Below, in pieces: positions 55,427 to 63,582 of a stretch of DNA of 64,000 bases. Position numbers and translations under genes: made by a program. The notes below the pieces were generated by a model. The model saw nothing but the letters and a program-made list of their open reading frames with translations. It was not told where the DNA came from and did no database searches. Origin of the DNA: a virus. The first letter of the stretch is position 1, and each line of letters begins with the position of its first letter. The stretch is taken from the IMG/VR virus record IMGVR_UViG_3300045996_000987. One strand, 5' to 3'.

Positions 55427-55498
55427 GGCCCGTTCGTCTATCGGTTAGGACGCTACCCTTTCAAGGTGGAGAGACGAGTTCGACTCTCGTACGGGCTA
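55427..55498 (+). tRNA. tRNA-Glu(TTC): tRNA-Glu (anticodon TTC)
   Basis: Acceptor GGCCCGT/ACGGGCT, D-arm GTCTATCGGTTAGGAC, anticodon loop CTTTCAA, T-arm ACGAGTTCGACTCTCGT. Confidence 0.7.
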
Positions 55499-55938
55499 CT
55501 GCTCTTCGCTGTAACTTGAAGGGACTTAGGGAAGTGTAGGACCAGTACCGGGGCCGACATGGCATCGACTGGTATGTGACACGGAACGTCGAAGTGCGCC
55601 GAGGGACTTCATCTCGCCTCGTAAATCACGGGTGGACAAAACACAAATGCCAGCGATAACCTCGCGGCAGCGGATCGGCTTCTGGCCGAAGTTCTTGGCG
55701 GCGTAGCCGTCGAGAACCCCCACTTCGCAGCGGTCTAACGACCCTCGTAGCGGGTGACGCAACCCTGACGGACTCCGATACAGTCAGGGGCCTTGCATCG
55801 GGCGACACCGGGAGAGACTGGGGGTCTTGTCAGTGTCCCTTACCACGACTGACGACGGTTGGCTCGCTCGCCACGGGACCGTAACACCCGAAGGAGCTAC
55901 GCGCGCTGAACAAGACTGAACGACGATCATATCAACAC

Positions 55939-55963
55939 GGGAGTTCGATTCTCCCCGGCTCCA
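55939..55963 (+). ncRNA. Orphan tRNA 3'-end-like sequence (T-arm, acceptor 3' strand, CCA) ending a roughly 430-nt non-coding stretch
   Basis: GGGAGTTCGATTCTCCCCGGCTCCA; no matching 5' acceptor or D-arm upstream. Confidence 0.3.
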
Positions 55964-56181
55964 CTTGCTCCACGAGGTCACCATGCAGGTCATGTATCCA
56001 CGGACGCGAGTAACCGTACCGACAATGGAAGACGTGAAGAAGACGTGGGCGAGCCTACGTCATCGTGTGAAGTACGCGGTGAGCAAGACCTACCGTGAGC
56101 AGTTGGAACGGGAACGCGCAGAGCAGCGCGTGCGGGCCATGATGTACCTGCGGACGCCACCCGTCGTATAGCTCGCGGTAC

Positions 56182-56267
56182 GCCGGGGTATCCAAGAGGC
56201 CAAAGGGTGCTGACTGTAAATCAGCCGGGCGCCACGCCCTTCGTAGGTTCGACCCCTACCCCCGGCA
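56182..56267 (+). tRNA. tRNA-Tyr(GTA): tRNA-Tyr (anticodon GTA)
   Basis: Acceptor GCCGGGG/CCCCGGC, anticodon loop CTGTAAA, long variable arm, T-arm GTAGGTTCGACCCCTAC. Confidence 0.7.
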
Positions 56268-56274
56268 CTGTGCT

Positions 56275-56358
56275 GCTCGGATGGCGAAACTGGTAAACGC
56301 GCCAGACTTAGGATCTGGTGGGCGAAAGCCCCTGTCGGTTCGAGTCCGACTCTGAGCA
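56275..56358 (+). tRNA. tRNA-Leu(TAG): tRNA-Leu (anticodon TAG)
   Basis: Acceptor GCTCGGA/TCTGAGC, anticodon loop CTTAGGA, long variable arm, T-arm GTCGGTTCGAGTCCGAC. Confidence 0.7.
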
Positions 56359-56525
56359 TGTTGTCGCGTTTCCCCTGACAGGACGGGCGGTTAGTCATCA
56401 ACCAATATTGTCTGTCGCCGGTAGTTCGGAAATGCTCTCGTTTGATGGGGCGCGCTTGTAGAGGTGCTTAAACGCCGAAACCCCCAAAGGCACCCGTAGA
56501 TGAGCGACGGGGCCGACTACCAATG

Positions 56526-56560
56526 AAAAAGCCCGGTCACCGCAAGGTGCCGGGCTTCTT
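56526..56560. terminator. Bidirectional rho-independent terminator
   Basis: AAAAAGCCCGG...CCGGGCTTCTT, with an A-run before and a T-run after. Confidence 0.6.
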
Positions 56561-56580
56561 CATGTCCACCGCGCTCGCGC

Positions 56581-56892
56581 TCAGGTGATGGCCTCGATGT
56601 TCGTCCAGAGGCCGATCGTCGCACCCTTCGGACGGATCTTGATCTGGCCGCCGAGGATCTTCGTGTCCTCGATGAAGACCTCCACGCCCGCCCGGAGCAT
56701 GATGCACCGCGACTGCGCGATGAGGCTCGCCGCGGCCTCTTGGTCGCGGTTGACGATGTAGCGCGTGAACTGGCTGTGATCTTCGCGGGTGAGGCAGGCG
56801 GCGTACCCGCTCTTGGTCCGGCGAGACTGCCCCTCGGCGGCCTCAGAGACAGCGAGAAGGGCGACGGTCGCGAGGGCGAGCTTGGCAAGCAT
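56581..56892 (-). CDS. Secreted small protein (signal peptide)
   Basis: MLAKLALATVALLAVSEAAEG; GGAGG RBS. Confidence 0.5.
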   Translation of the reverse strand: MLAKLALATVALLAVSEAAEGQSRRTKSGYAACLTREDHSQFTRYIVNRDQEAAASLIAQSRCIMLRAGVEVFIEDTKILGGQIKIRPKGATIGLWTNIEAIT

Positions 56893-57010
56893 GGAGCGGC
56901 CTCCGTGGGAAGGGGAACGGCATGAGCGCTACTAATACCACCCCCGGCCGAACCCCGCCAGAGGGGAATAGCCTCTTGCGGAGAAGAAATCTTGCCCCAC
57001 AGGACCGATT

Positions 57011-57037
57011 CTGTCCTGTAACCGAAAATCGAGAGGT
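57011..57037 (+). promoter_or_regulatory. Promoter-like element TGTCCT-N13-GAGAGGTA, then GTGTAACC, CAACTAACC and CAAGTAATCC before the ATG
   Basis: tgtcct(57011-16), gagaggta(57030-37). Confidence 0.45.
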
Positions 57038-57082
57038 AAGACGTGTAACCCAACTAACCCAAGTAATCCGGAGATCCCCGCC

Positions 57083-57475
57083 ATGCGTAAGCCTGTGGAT
57101 TTTGCTGACCACCCGGTCCCTGTGCGCGGCCTCTATCGCGCCGTGTGCAAGCACGTCGTGGACGGCGACACGTTCGACTTCCTGATCGACCTCGGCTTCA
57201 ACCAGTACGCCTACGCGACCGTCCGACTGAACGGCGTGAACACGCCGGAGATTTTCAGCGGTACGGAGCGCGAGTGGGGCAAGAAGGTGAAGACGTACGT
57301 CGAGGGCCTGCTGCTCAACCGGCAGGTGGAGCTTCGCACGAAGCCCGACGCTATCACCTTCGGGCGCTACGTGGCCGATGTCCGCCTCTACGTCGAAGTG
57401 GAGCCCGGCGTCACGCAGAGCTTCGACCTCGCGAATCATCTTCTCACCCTCGACATGGCGGTAGCGGCGCGATGA
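57083..57475 (+). CDS. Thermonuclease (staphylococcal/micrococcal nuclease-like)
   Basis: VVDGDTFDFLIDLG...VRLNGVNTPE SNase active-site pattern. Confidence 0.65.
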   Translation: MRKPVDFADHPVPVRGLYRAVCKHVVDGDTFDFLIDLGFNQYAYATVRLNGVNTPEIFSGTEREWGKKVKTYVEGLLLNRQVELRTKPDAITFGRYVADVRLYVEVEPGVTQSFDLANHLLTLDMAVAAR

Positions 57476-57714
57476 CCCTCAAGACCGTCCTGCTCAAGAA
57501 CAGCCACATCGCCGTCGTGCTCATGGAGACGAAGACGGCGGGTGCGCGCATCCTACGCACGAAACGGTGGAAGGAGCGCGACGCGGAGTACGACCGGGCC
57601 AAGCGCGCCCTCACCCCGCTCGTCGGCTTCGAGGCCAGCAAACCCGAGCTACGCTCGATGGAAGCGTGGGACGTCGTGATCGGTCAGGTGGCCCTCAACC
57701 TCGGGCTCCGCTGA
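57472..57714 (+). CDS. Hypothetical protein
   Basis: ATGA-coupled start. Confidence 0.4.
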   Translation: MTLKTVLLKNSHIAVVLMETKTAGARILRTKRWKERDAEYDRAKRALTPLVGFEASKPELRSMEAWDVVIGQVALNLGLR

Positions 57715-57716
57715 CG

Positions 57717-58505
57717 ATGCACCTCCTTCTCATCGACTTCGCGAACCTCTGCTGCCGGCTCTACTACCGGAAGGGCTGCGCGACGCCCGCCGACGTCGTG
57801 CCCCACGTCCGTCACGCCCTGCTCGGCGCCGTGCGGGAGTGGGCGGCCACGCACCTGATCGCCGCGCTCGACGCCCCGCGGTGCTTCCGCTACGACCTCT
57901 ACCCGGAGTATAAGGGACATCGCGCCAGCAAGGACGGGCCGACTGCGCAGGAGATCTGCGCGGCCGTCATCCCGCACCTCGACGCGTGGGGCGTGCAGAC
58001 GGCATACGCCGATGACTTCGAGGCCGACGACGTGATCGCCACGCTCGTGAGCCGTGCAGCGGAGCGCGGGACCGCCGTCTCGATCCTCTCCACCGATCGC
58101 GACCTCTTCGCCCTCGTGAATGACGACCACCGCGTGTGCGTGCTCTACCCGGAGCACGGCAAGGAAGTTGTCATCCGAGAGGCGGATGTCTTGGCCCGTC
58201 TCGGCGTCTGGCCACAGCAGGTGGTGACATGGAAGCTCCTCGCCGGAGACAAGAGCGACAACATTCCGAAGGTCGGCCTCGACAAGATGACGGCCGCCGG
58301 GGTGCGGCGGTACGGCTTCACACCTGAGCGCGCCGCCGAGATCCTGACTCGACCGCTCGGGTATCGCGACCTCTCCGAGAAGGAGCAGGCGTGGGTAGAC
58401 GCGTCGCGCGACCAATGTGCCACGCTTCGTCTCGTGGTCGCGCTTCGGCCGGACGCGCCGGTCGCCGTCGATGCCTACCGCTGCGCCGTGTCGTATCTGC
58501 GATGA
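57717..58505 (+). CDS. 5'-3' exonuclease / flap endonuclease (Pol I N-terminal-domain-like)
   Basis: LLLIDFANLCCRLYY, YPEYKGHR, FEADDVIATL, LSTDRDLFAL and LLAGDKSDNIPKV motifs. Confidence 0.8.
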   Translation: MHLLLIDFANLCCRLYYRKGCATPADVVPHVRHALLGAVREWAATHLIAALDAPRCFRYDLYPEYKGHRASKDGPTAQEICAAVIPHLDAWGVQTAYADDFEADDVIATLVSRAAERGTAVSILSTDRDLFALVNDDHRVCVLYPEHGKEVVIREADVLARLGVWPQQVVTWKLLAGDKSDNIPKVGLDKMTAAGVRRYGFTPERAAEILTRPLGYRDLSEKEQAWVDASRDQCATLRLVVALRPDAPVAVDAYRCAVSYLR

Positions 58506-58735
58506 CCCAGTATCGCCTCCTCTGCCAGAACTTCCGCCGCTTCGTGCGCGTCAAGGTGCAACGGAACGTGGGCGGGCACTGGTCTACGACCGGCATCGAG
58601 CAGATGCACCTGCTCTTCTTCGCCGGCTGGCGCATGGAACTACAGCAATGGGCCGACGAGCGGGGCATCACGCTCGTGTGGACCGGCAACGCCGTCACCG
58701 CCAAGGTGCGTCTCCCCTCATGCGCCCGACCATGA
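58502..58735 (+). CDS. Hypothetical protein
   Basis: ATGA-coupled. Confidence 0.35.
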   Translation: MTQYRLLCQNFRRFVRVKVQRNVGGHWSTTGIEQMHLLFFAGWRMELQQWADERGITLVWTGNAVTAKVRLPSCARP

Positions 58736-59010
58736 TCCAGCGACTCCTGATGGCCCTGACCGCCGACTGGGTGCCTCGCGCCGAGTACCGCTACATCGTC
58801 TCCACCGCGACCGCTACGCACGGTACCGTGTGGCTCCAGCAGCGGCAGGTAGATCTCGCGAACAGCCGGCGGGAGCGGTGGGTACAGGTCGGATACACTT
58901 TCGAGATCTATCGACGCCGCGGGCTCCGCGTCGGTCAAGCGCTCTCGGTCGCGGAGGTCGTCAGCGGGCGTCCACAGCCGCTCGGAAGATTCGCCTACCG
59001 CCACGACTGA
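58732..59010 (+). CDS. Hypothetical protein
   Basis: ATGA-coupled start MIQRLL. Confidence 0.35.
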   Translation: MIQRLLMALTADWVPRAEYRYIVSTATATHGTVWLQQRQVDLANSRRERWVQVGYTFEIYRRRGLRVGQALSVAEVVSGRPQPLGRFAYRHD

Positions 59011-59013
59011 TTC

Positions 59014-59040
59014 TGTCCTGTAGCGCGTAATCGAGAGGTA
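59014..59040 (+). promoter_or_regulatory. Promoter-like element TGTCCT-N13-GAGAGGTA
   Basis: tgtcct(59014-19), gagaggta(59033-40). Confidence 0.45.
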
Positions 59041-59121
59041 GTGGATGTAACTGAGCGGCACGATGCCGACCGGGCCGGACGCCCCCGCGATGGCGCCCTA
59101 CAAGTAACCCGACCGAGTAAT

Positions 59122-59943
59122 ATGCGACGCTTCTTCCCCCTCCTTGCCGTGCTGGCGCTCGGCGCCTGCACCTCCATCGACTCGACCGATCACTGCGTCG
59201 AGACGCGCTACGGCGACGTCGTGACGCAGAAGATGAAGCCGGGACTCACGACGACGTTCACGACGGCGACGGAGTGCTTCCCGCTCACGCAGCAGACGTG
59301 GCCCAGCGGCAAGGGTGAAGACGGTCAGGCATCCGCGGAGAAGGTCAGCTTCATCACGAAGGACTCCGTGAGCATCGAGAACGCGGAGATCGCGCTGCTC
59401 TGGAAGTACACGGATGCAGGGCAGGCGTTCGGCATCAAGCGCACGCACGACGCCGTGCTCGTGGAACTCTCCAACGCCGTGCGCTCCGGTGTGCGGGACT
59501 TTGGCGCGACGCTGACCCTGCCGATGCTGCTTGGCGCGGAGCGGGCCAATCTCGATGAGGCGGCACGGAAGGCGATTCAGGACAAGATGAGCCCCTTCGT
59601 CCAGATCGAGAAGGTGTACCTGCGCAGCATGGAGCCGCCGGCCAACATCAAGGCGCTGTGGTCGTCCGCGATGGCCCAGCAGGGCGAGCAGACGAAGGCG
59701 CGGGCGCAGTTCGTCACCGACTCCCTCAACGCTCGGCGCAACGTGATGCTGGCCGAAGCTCGTGCGAAGGAGACGGAGTTGAAGAACCGCGCTCTCGCCG
59801 CGAATCCGGAAGTGCTCAAGCTGGAGCGCGACCGCTCGCTGGCTGAGGCGAGCGCGAAGCTCCTCTCCTCGTGCACGAGCAACTGCTTCATCGGCGGTGA
59901 CGCGTTCACGCGCAGCCTCCTCCAGACGGTGCCGCGTCAGTGA
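59122..59943 (+). CDS. Lipoprotein with SPFH/band-7-like domain and coiled-coil
   Basis: LLAVLALGAC lipobox; LLGAERANLDEAARKAIQDKMSPFVQIEKVYLRSMEPP then a coiled-coil; CAAGTAACCCGACCGAGTAAT-ATG upstream. Confidence 0.45.
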   Translation: MRRFFPLLAVLALGACTSIDSTDHCVETRYGDVVTQKMKPGLTTTFTTATECFPLTQQTWPSGKGEDGQASAEKVSFITKDSVSIENAEIALLWKYTDAGQAFGIKRTHDAVLVELSNAVRSGVRDFGATLTLPMLLGAERANLDEAARKAIQDKMSPFVQIEKVYLRSMEPPANIKALWSSAMAQQGEQTKARAQFVTDSLNARRNVMLAEARAKETELKNRALAANPEVLKLERDRSLAEASAKLLSSCTSNCFIGGDAFTRSLLQTVPRQ

Positions 59944-60089
59944 TCCCGGCCGCTCTCGTCATCATCGGTGGCGTCGTCCTGCTGATCGCCCGCGACATCG
60001 CCCACTCCGTGCGGAACCGCGCGCTCGAAGCGCGGCTCGCGAAGATCGAGGCGGCGCTAGAGACGGCCTGCCTGCTCTCCAGCAAGTAG
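59940..60089 (+). CDS. Small membrane protein (49 aa, GTG start overlapping the upstream stop)
   Basis: VIPAALVIIGGVVLLIARDIA helix then an amphipathic tail; below the ORF-track cutoff. Confidence 0.3.
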   Translation: MIPAALVIIGGVVLLIARDIAHSVRNRALEARLAKIEAALETACLLSSK

Positions 60090-60096
60090 TAACTCC

Positions 60097-60357
60097 GTGA
60101 GTCACCGCGTGGCCCCTTCGGGGGCCGCGCCCCACGTCCTCCCGACCATGCTCAAGCTCCGCATCCTCTTCTGGTTGCTCGTCGGTTGGTACGCCCACCG
60201 GCAGTGTCGTCTCGGGCAGTACCTCGTGAACGTCGCCCCGACCGGGGCCGATCTCTGGAACATCCGCGACATGGACTGGGCCTTCCGGCTGCGCATGGTA
60301 GCCCTCTACGGCCTCGACTGGGAGTTTCCCGCCAAGGAGCACGATTATGCCCACTGA
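60097..60357 (+). CDS. Hypothetical protein
   Basis: CAAGTAGTAACTCC-GTG; possible internal ATG at 60148. Confidence 0.35.
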   Translation: MSHRVAPSGAAPHVLPTMLKLRILFWLLVGWYAHRQCRLGQYLVNVAPTGADLWNIRDMDWAFRLRMVALYGLDWEFPAKEHDYAH

Positions 60358-60835
60358 GCGCGCTGTGAAGGCCCGGAAGACGTACAACGGCGAGATCCCG
60401 TTCGACCCGTTCACGGGCAACATGATGAGCTATCCGATGCCGCAGTGGGCCTACCGGGATCTCGACACCGGAGAAGTCTTCCCCCGCTCGCAGTTCGTGG
60501 CCGGGCGGAACGCCGAGTCGGTGTGGTTCGAGCCGGCGTACGAGTTCAACCGGATCTTCCGCGCTACGCTCCAGATCACCGGCTTCGGGCGGGGGCGTAG
60601 CTCCGCGGTGGTCTACCTCCGCGTGCTGCACATCCTCGATCCGCTCGGGGGTATCGAGAAGGGCGCACAGTTCTCCATGTTCCTCTCCGACTTCACGGAG
60701 ATGGTGATGGGTGCACGGAGCATCGACGGCGGGGTGCTCGATGGTTGTTGGACGTTCTGCAAGGTGGGCGCGAACTACGGCCTGCGCTGGCTCGGGGAGT
60801 GGGACGACCCGATCGCGCACGAGGACGACGAATGA
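60347..60835 (+). CDS. Hypothetical protein
   Basis: 162-aa ORF. Confidence 0.4.
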   Translation: MPTERAVKARKTYNGEIPFDPFTGNMMSYPMPQWAYRDLDTGEVFPRSQFVAGRNAESVWFEPAYEFNRIFRATLQITGFGRGRSSAVVYLRVLHILDPLGGIEKGAQFSMFLSDFTEMVMGARSIDGGVLDGCWTFCKVGANYGLRWLGEWDDPIAHEDDE

Positions 60836-61077
60836 GCCGGGGCCTCGTTCGTGATCCCCTCGCGCGCTCCATCGAGCGAGTCGTGAAGAAAGGGTGCGAC
60901 GCTCACCTCGGAGGCCGGCAGTGCCGGTGCGGTAGCCGCAATGGCGTCACCCGCAAGACGGCGCAGATCGCCCACTCCGTAGTGACGTATAGCGAGTGCA
61001 ACGACTGCAAGACGTGGCTGATGGACTCTCCCAACCGTCACCGTATGGCGGACGCGCAGTACCGGACGAACCGATGA
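60832..61077 (+). CDS. Zinc-finger protein
   Basis: CRCGS...CNDC motif; ATGA-coupled. Confidence 0.35.
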   Translation: MSRGLVRDPLARSIERVVKKGCDAHLGGRQCRCGSRNGVTRKTAQIAHSVVTYSECNDCKTWLMDSPNRHRMADAQYRTNR

Positions 61078-61367
61078 GCGCTGTCCCGGCATACGCCGCG
61101 CTCCGGGGCATCGCGGTGCTCGACTCCTACGGGCAGACGATCCTCCCCAACGCCAAAGTCGCGTTCAACCAGAGCGGCTTCCTCCGGCTCGGCCGGGTGA
61201 AGACGGCGCGCTGCATGAGTGAGGAGAAGCACCATTGGCGGGGCGTCTGGCGGACGTGGCTCGTGGAGATCGAGGTGATCGAGCCGAACGGGGGCACGCT
61301 GCACACCGCGAAGGTGCGCAACCCGGACGGGATTATCGTGCTCCCGGAGTTCCCGATCCTCCCATGA
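61074..61367 (+). CDS. Hypothetical protein
   Basis: ATGA-coupled. Confidence 0.35.
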   Translation: MSAVPAYAALRGIAVLDSYGQTILPNAKVAFNQSGFLRLGRVKTARCMSEEKHHWRGVWRTWLVEIEVIEPNGGTLHTAKVRNPDGIIVLPEFPILP

Positions 61368-61540
61368 TGGTCGATCTCCGTGACCTCGTGGCCGCGCTCG
61401 TGCTCCTCGCCTTCGGCGGCGCCGGCTCGGCCGTTCTCGCGAACGCGGTGTGGCCGAGCATCCCGGAGGTGCCGCACGTCGTGCTGCGCGTCATCATCGT
61501 CCTGCTCGGCGTGTGGGCGCTCCGCTGGATCGCTCGGTGA
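61364..61540 (+). CDS. Small membrane protein (2 TM helices)
   Basis: Hydrophobic helices; ATGA-coupled. Confidence 0.35.
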   Translation: MMVDLRDLVAALVLLAFGGAGSAVLANAVWPSIPEVPHVVLRVIIVLLGVWALRWIAR

Positions 61541-61553
61541 GTCTGGACACGAC

Positions 61554-61590
61554 GAACGCCCCGCGGTGACTCGCGGGGCGTTCCGTTCGT
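61554..61590. terminator. Bidirectional terminator hairpin
   Basis: GAACGCCCCGCG...CGCGGGGCGTTC 12-bp stem between convergent genes. Confidence 0.55.
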
Positions 61591-61598
61591 TCGGGAGC

Positions 61599-62384
61599 TT
61601 AGAAGGTCGTCCCGAAATCGACCTCGATCAACAGGCCCCTCGGCAGCCCGGCAAGGTCGAGGAGATCCGCGAGCAGCCCGTGCATCTCAGTCATCGGGGC
61701 GAAGAACATCGTCTCGCCCTGCATGCGGCGGGTGTTGTACGTGGTCACCATCGTCCGGAGCCGCTGCCGCTGATCGTGGCCCGTGATCTTCGCGCTCGCT
61801 CGCTTGGTCGGAGGCGGGCTCACCGTCCCGACACCAACGACGGCGGTCCCGTTCTGCGCCGCCTTCCTCGCGCGGAGCTTGATGGCGTTCGGCGTCATGG
61901 AGAGCGGCTTGCCCGTTCGCGGGGAGCGAGGCACCTGCCCGTCGCTGCGCGGCGCCCTCCCCGTGGGATGGGCACCCGGACGGGGCTTCCCGGCTTGCCC
62001 CGCTGCCCGGCGTATCCGTTCGAGTTGGTCCTGTGCGAAGGCGTACTCGTAGCCGCCCGCCAGCAACTCGGCCCGGATGTCCTCCTGCGACCGCCGAAGG
62101 GCCTTCGCGAGCGCCTTCACGAGCGGCGGGACGAACGGGTGGTTCACCGGCAGTTCGTAGTTCCGCTCCATCCGCATGAGCGAGCTATCGGACACCCCGC
62201 TCGCGTCCTGCATGGCGCGGAAGCTCAGGCCCGCCTCCGTGCGCAACCGTGCGAGGTTCTTGCTGACGGCCGCCGGGGGCCGCTGGTAGAACGAGCCCTC
62301 CGCGACACTCCGGAGCGACGGAGGGAGGGCCGTGTTCGAGGCCGGCGGGGTGATCTCCCCGACGACAGGGGCGGAAGCAGCCAT
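61599..62384 (-). CDS. XRE-family helix-turn-helix transcriptional regulator with C-terminal domain
   Basis: SKNLARLRTEAGLSFRAMQDASGVSDSSLMRMERN matches the HTH_XRE pattern. Confidence 0.6.
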   Translation of the reverse strand: MAASAPVVGEITPPASNTALPPSLRSVAEGSFYQRPPAAVSKNLARLRTEAGLSFRAMQDASGVSDSSLMRMERNYELPVNHPFVPPLVKALAKALRRSQEDIRAELLAGGYEYAFAQDQLERIRRAAGQAGKPRPGAHPTGRAPRSDGQVPRSPRTGKPLSMTPNAIKLRARKAAQNGTAVVGVGTVSPPPTKRASAKITGHDQRQRLRTMVTTYNTRRMQGETMFFAPMTEMHGLLADLLDLAGLPRGLLIEVDFGTTF

Positions 62385-62402
62385 GGTGCGGATCTCCTCG
62401 GG

Positions 62403-62894
62403 TTAGGACACGGCGGCGAGCAGTTCGCTCTCGATCGCGTGCCGGAGGTCGTTGATCTGGCCCTTCACCGGGCGCATCTCCTTGAGCGAGCCGTAGCGGT
62501 CGAACCAGCGGCTCAGTTCCCGCAACGCCTGCTCGACCACCTGCTCGCGGAGCCTCGACTGCCGCATGGCCGTCTGGAGGGGGACGTACGCCTTCCGGCT
62601 GTGCGGCGTCGGCTGCACGTAGACGAATGCCTTCGTGGCTGTCTTGCGGGCGCCCTTGACGAGCACCAACTGGGACATGACCGAGCCGGTCTGCTTCGTC
62701 CGGTAGAGGTCGGCCGCCTTGGCGTCGTCGCGCTCGATCAGCGGGTGGAGGGGACTCCGGCGATCGGCCGCCTCAGCCAAGATCGTTTCCTTCGTCACGC
62801 CGCCGTGTTCCGCCGCCAACGCTTCGAGGCGGTCACCGACCGCTTGGGCGTCGGCGGTGGGGAACAGGCTTTCGTTTCGCCATGCGTAGCGCAC
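62403..62894 (-). CDS. Hypothetical protein (GTG start)
   Basis: CAAGTATCC...GGAGACGGTC-GTG context; upstream part of the track ORF rejected. Confidence 0.35.
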   Translation of the reverse strand: MRYAWRNESLFPTADAQAVGDRLEALAAEHGGVTKETILAEAADRRSPLHPLIERDDAKAADLYRTKQTGSVMSQLVLVKGARKTATKAFVYVQPTPHSRKAYVPLQTAMRQSRLREQVVEQALRELSRWFDRYGSLKEMRPVKGQINDLRHAIESELLAAVS

Positions 62895-63042
62895 GACCGT
62901 CTCCGAGTTACAGGGTCCGTGGGATACTTGTGGACAAACGCCGTAAGTGGCTGCCCGCAAGGATGATACCGAGGCGTCCCGGACGGCGCCACCCTCTGCC
63001 CCCGTGGGGTGCCCCGGAGGGTGTAACTGGTGGCCATGGGAC

Positions 63043-63069
63043 TGTCCTGTCCGGGCCGATCGGGAGGTA
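63043..63069 (+). promoter_or_regulatory. Promoter-like element TGTCCT-N13-GGGAGGTA (no ORF downstream)
   Basis: tgtcct(63043-48), gggaggta(63062-69). Confidence 0.4.
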
Positions 63070-63183
63070 ATGGGGCTATTGGGCAAACCGCAGATAGCCC
63101 GGAGGTATTGGCACTCCAGCCCGGCGGGCAAATAACACCTAGAGGTTAAAAATGCACAATTCAACCTAGAGGTTATGGCGGTC

Positions 63184-63210
63184 TGTCCTATCCGGGGAAA
63201 TCGGGAGGTA
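63184..63210 (+). promoter_or_regulatory. Promoter-like element TGTCCT-N13-GGGAGGTA (no ORF downstream)
   Basis: tgtcct(63184-89), gggaggta(63203-10). Confidence 0.4.
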
Positions 63211-63289
63211 CTGCGTGGAGGACTCCACGAACGGGATTCAGTGCCGAAAGCTGGCGCCGCGCTTTTTTCTGCGCAGGCGACGGTTGTTG

Positions 63290-63560
63290 TGGGAGTGCGC
63301 CCGCGCGCCCCTACTACGAGTTACTGAGTTACTTCAACGTCGAAGTAGCTCGTTTGCCAGAGTTACTTGAGAGTGGCAATAAGAGAGTTACTTCGACGTA
63401 ACGGTCTAACTCAGACGTAACACTGAACTCACACGTAAATCACAAGGAACTCGAAGAGCAAAGAGTTACGAGAGAGTTCTAACAACATACGCTCACGTAA
63501 CAGAGAACAGATACTCTTCACGTTACGTCAACGAGAGCGTTGAGTAGCGTTGAGCCTGTG
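63290..63560. repeat. AT-rich island with at least 10 GTAAC/GTTAC-core repeats (GAGTTACT, ACGTAAC, CACGTTAC)
   Basis: About 45% G+C against about 67% overall; copies include AGAGTTACTTG, which is CAAGTAACTCT on the other strand. Confidence 0.6.
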
Positions 63561-63582
63561 GAGAAGACGGGTGACGGGATTC

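Noticed and set aside
55500-55963. tmRNA (ssrA) ending at the CCA-terminated tRNA-like 3' end
   Set aside because: No complementary 5' acceptor strand (GGAGCCG), no tag-peptide reading frame resembling ANDENYALAA, and the stretch is the wrong length.
53984-55993. Minus-strand ORFs across the NUDIX gene and tRNA cluster (53984..54826, 54561..54899, 55526..55993)
   Set aside because: Antisense to a convincing Nudix-box gene or overlapping tRNA genes; low-complexity translations.
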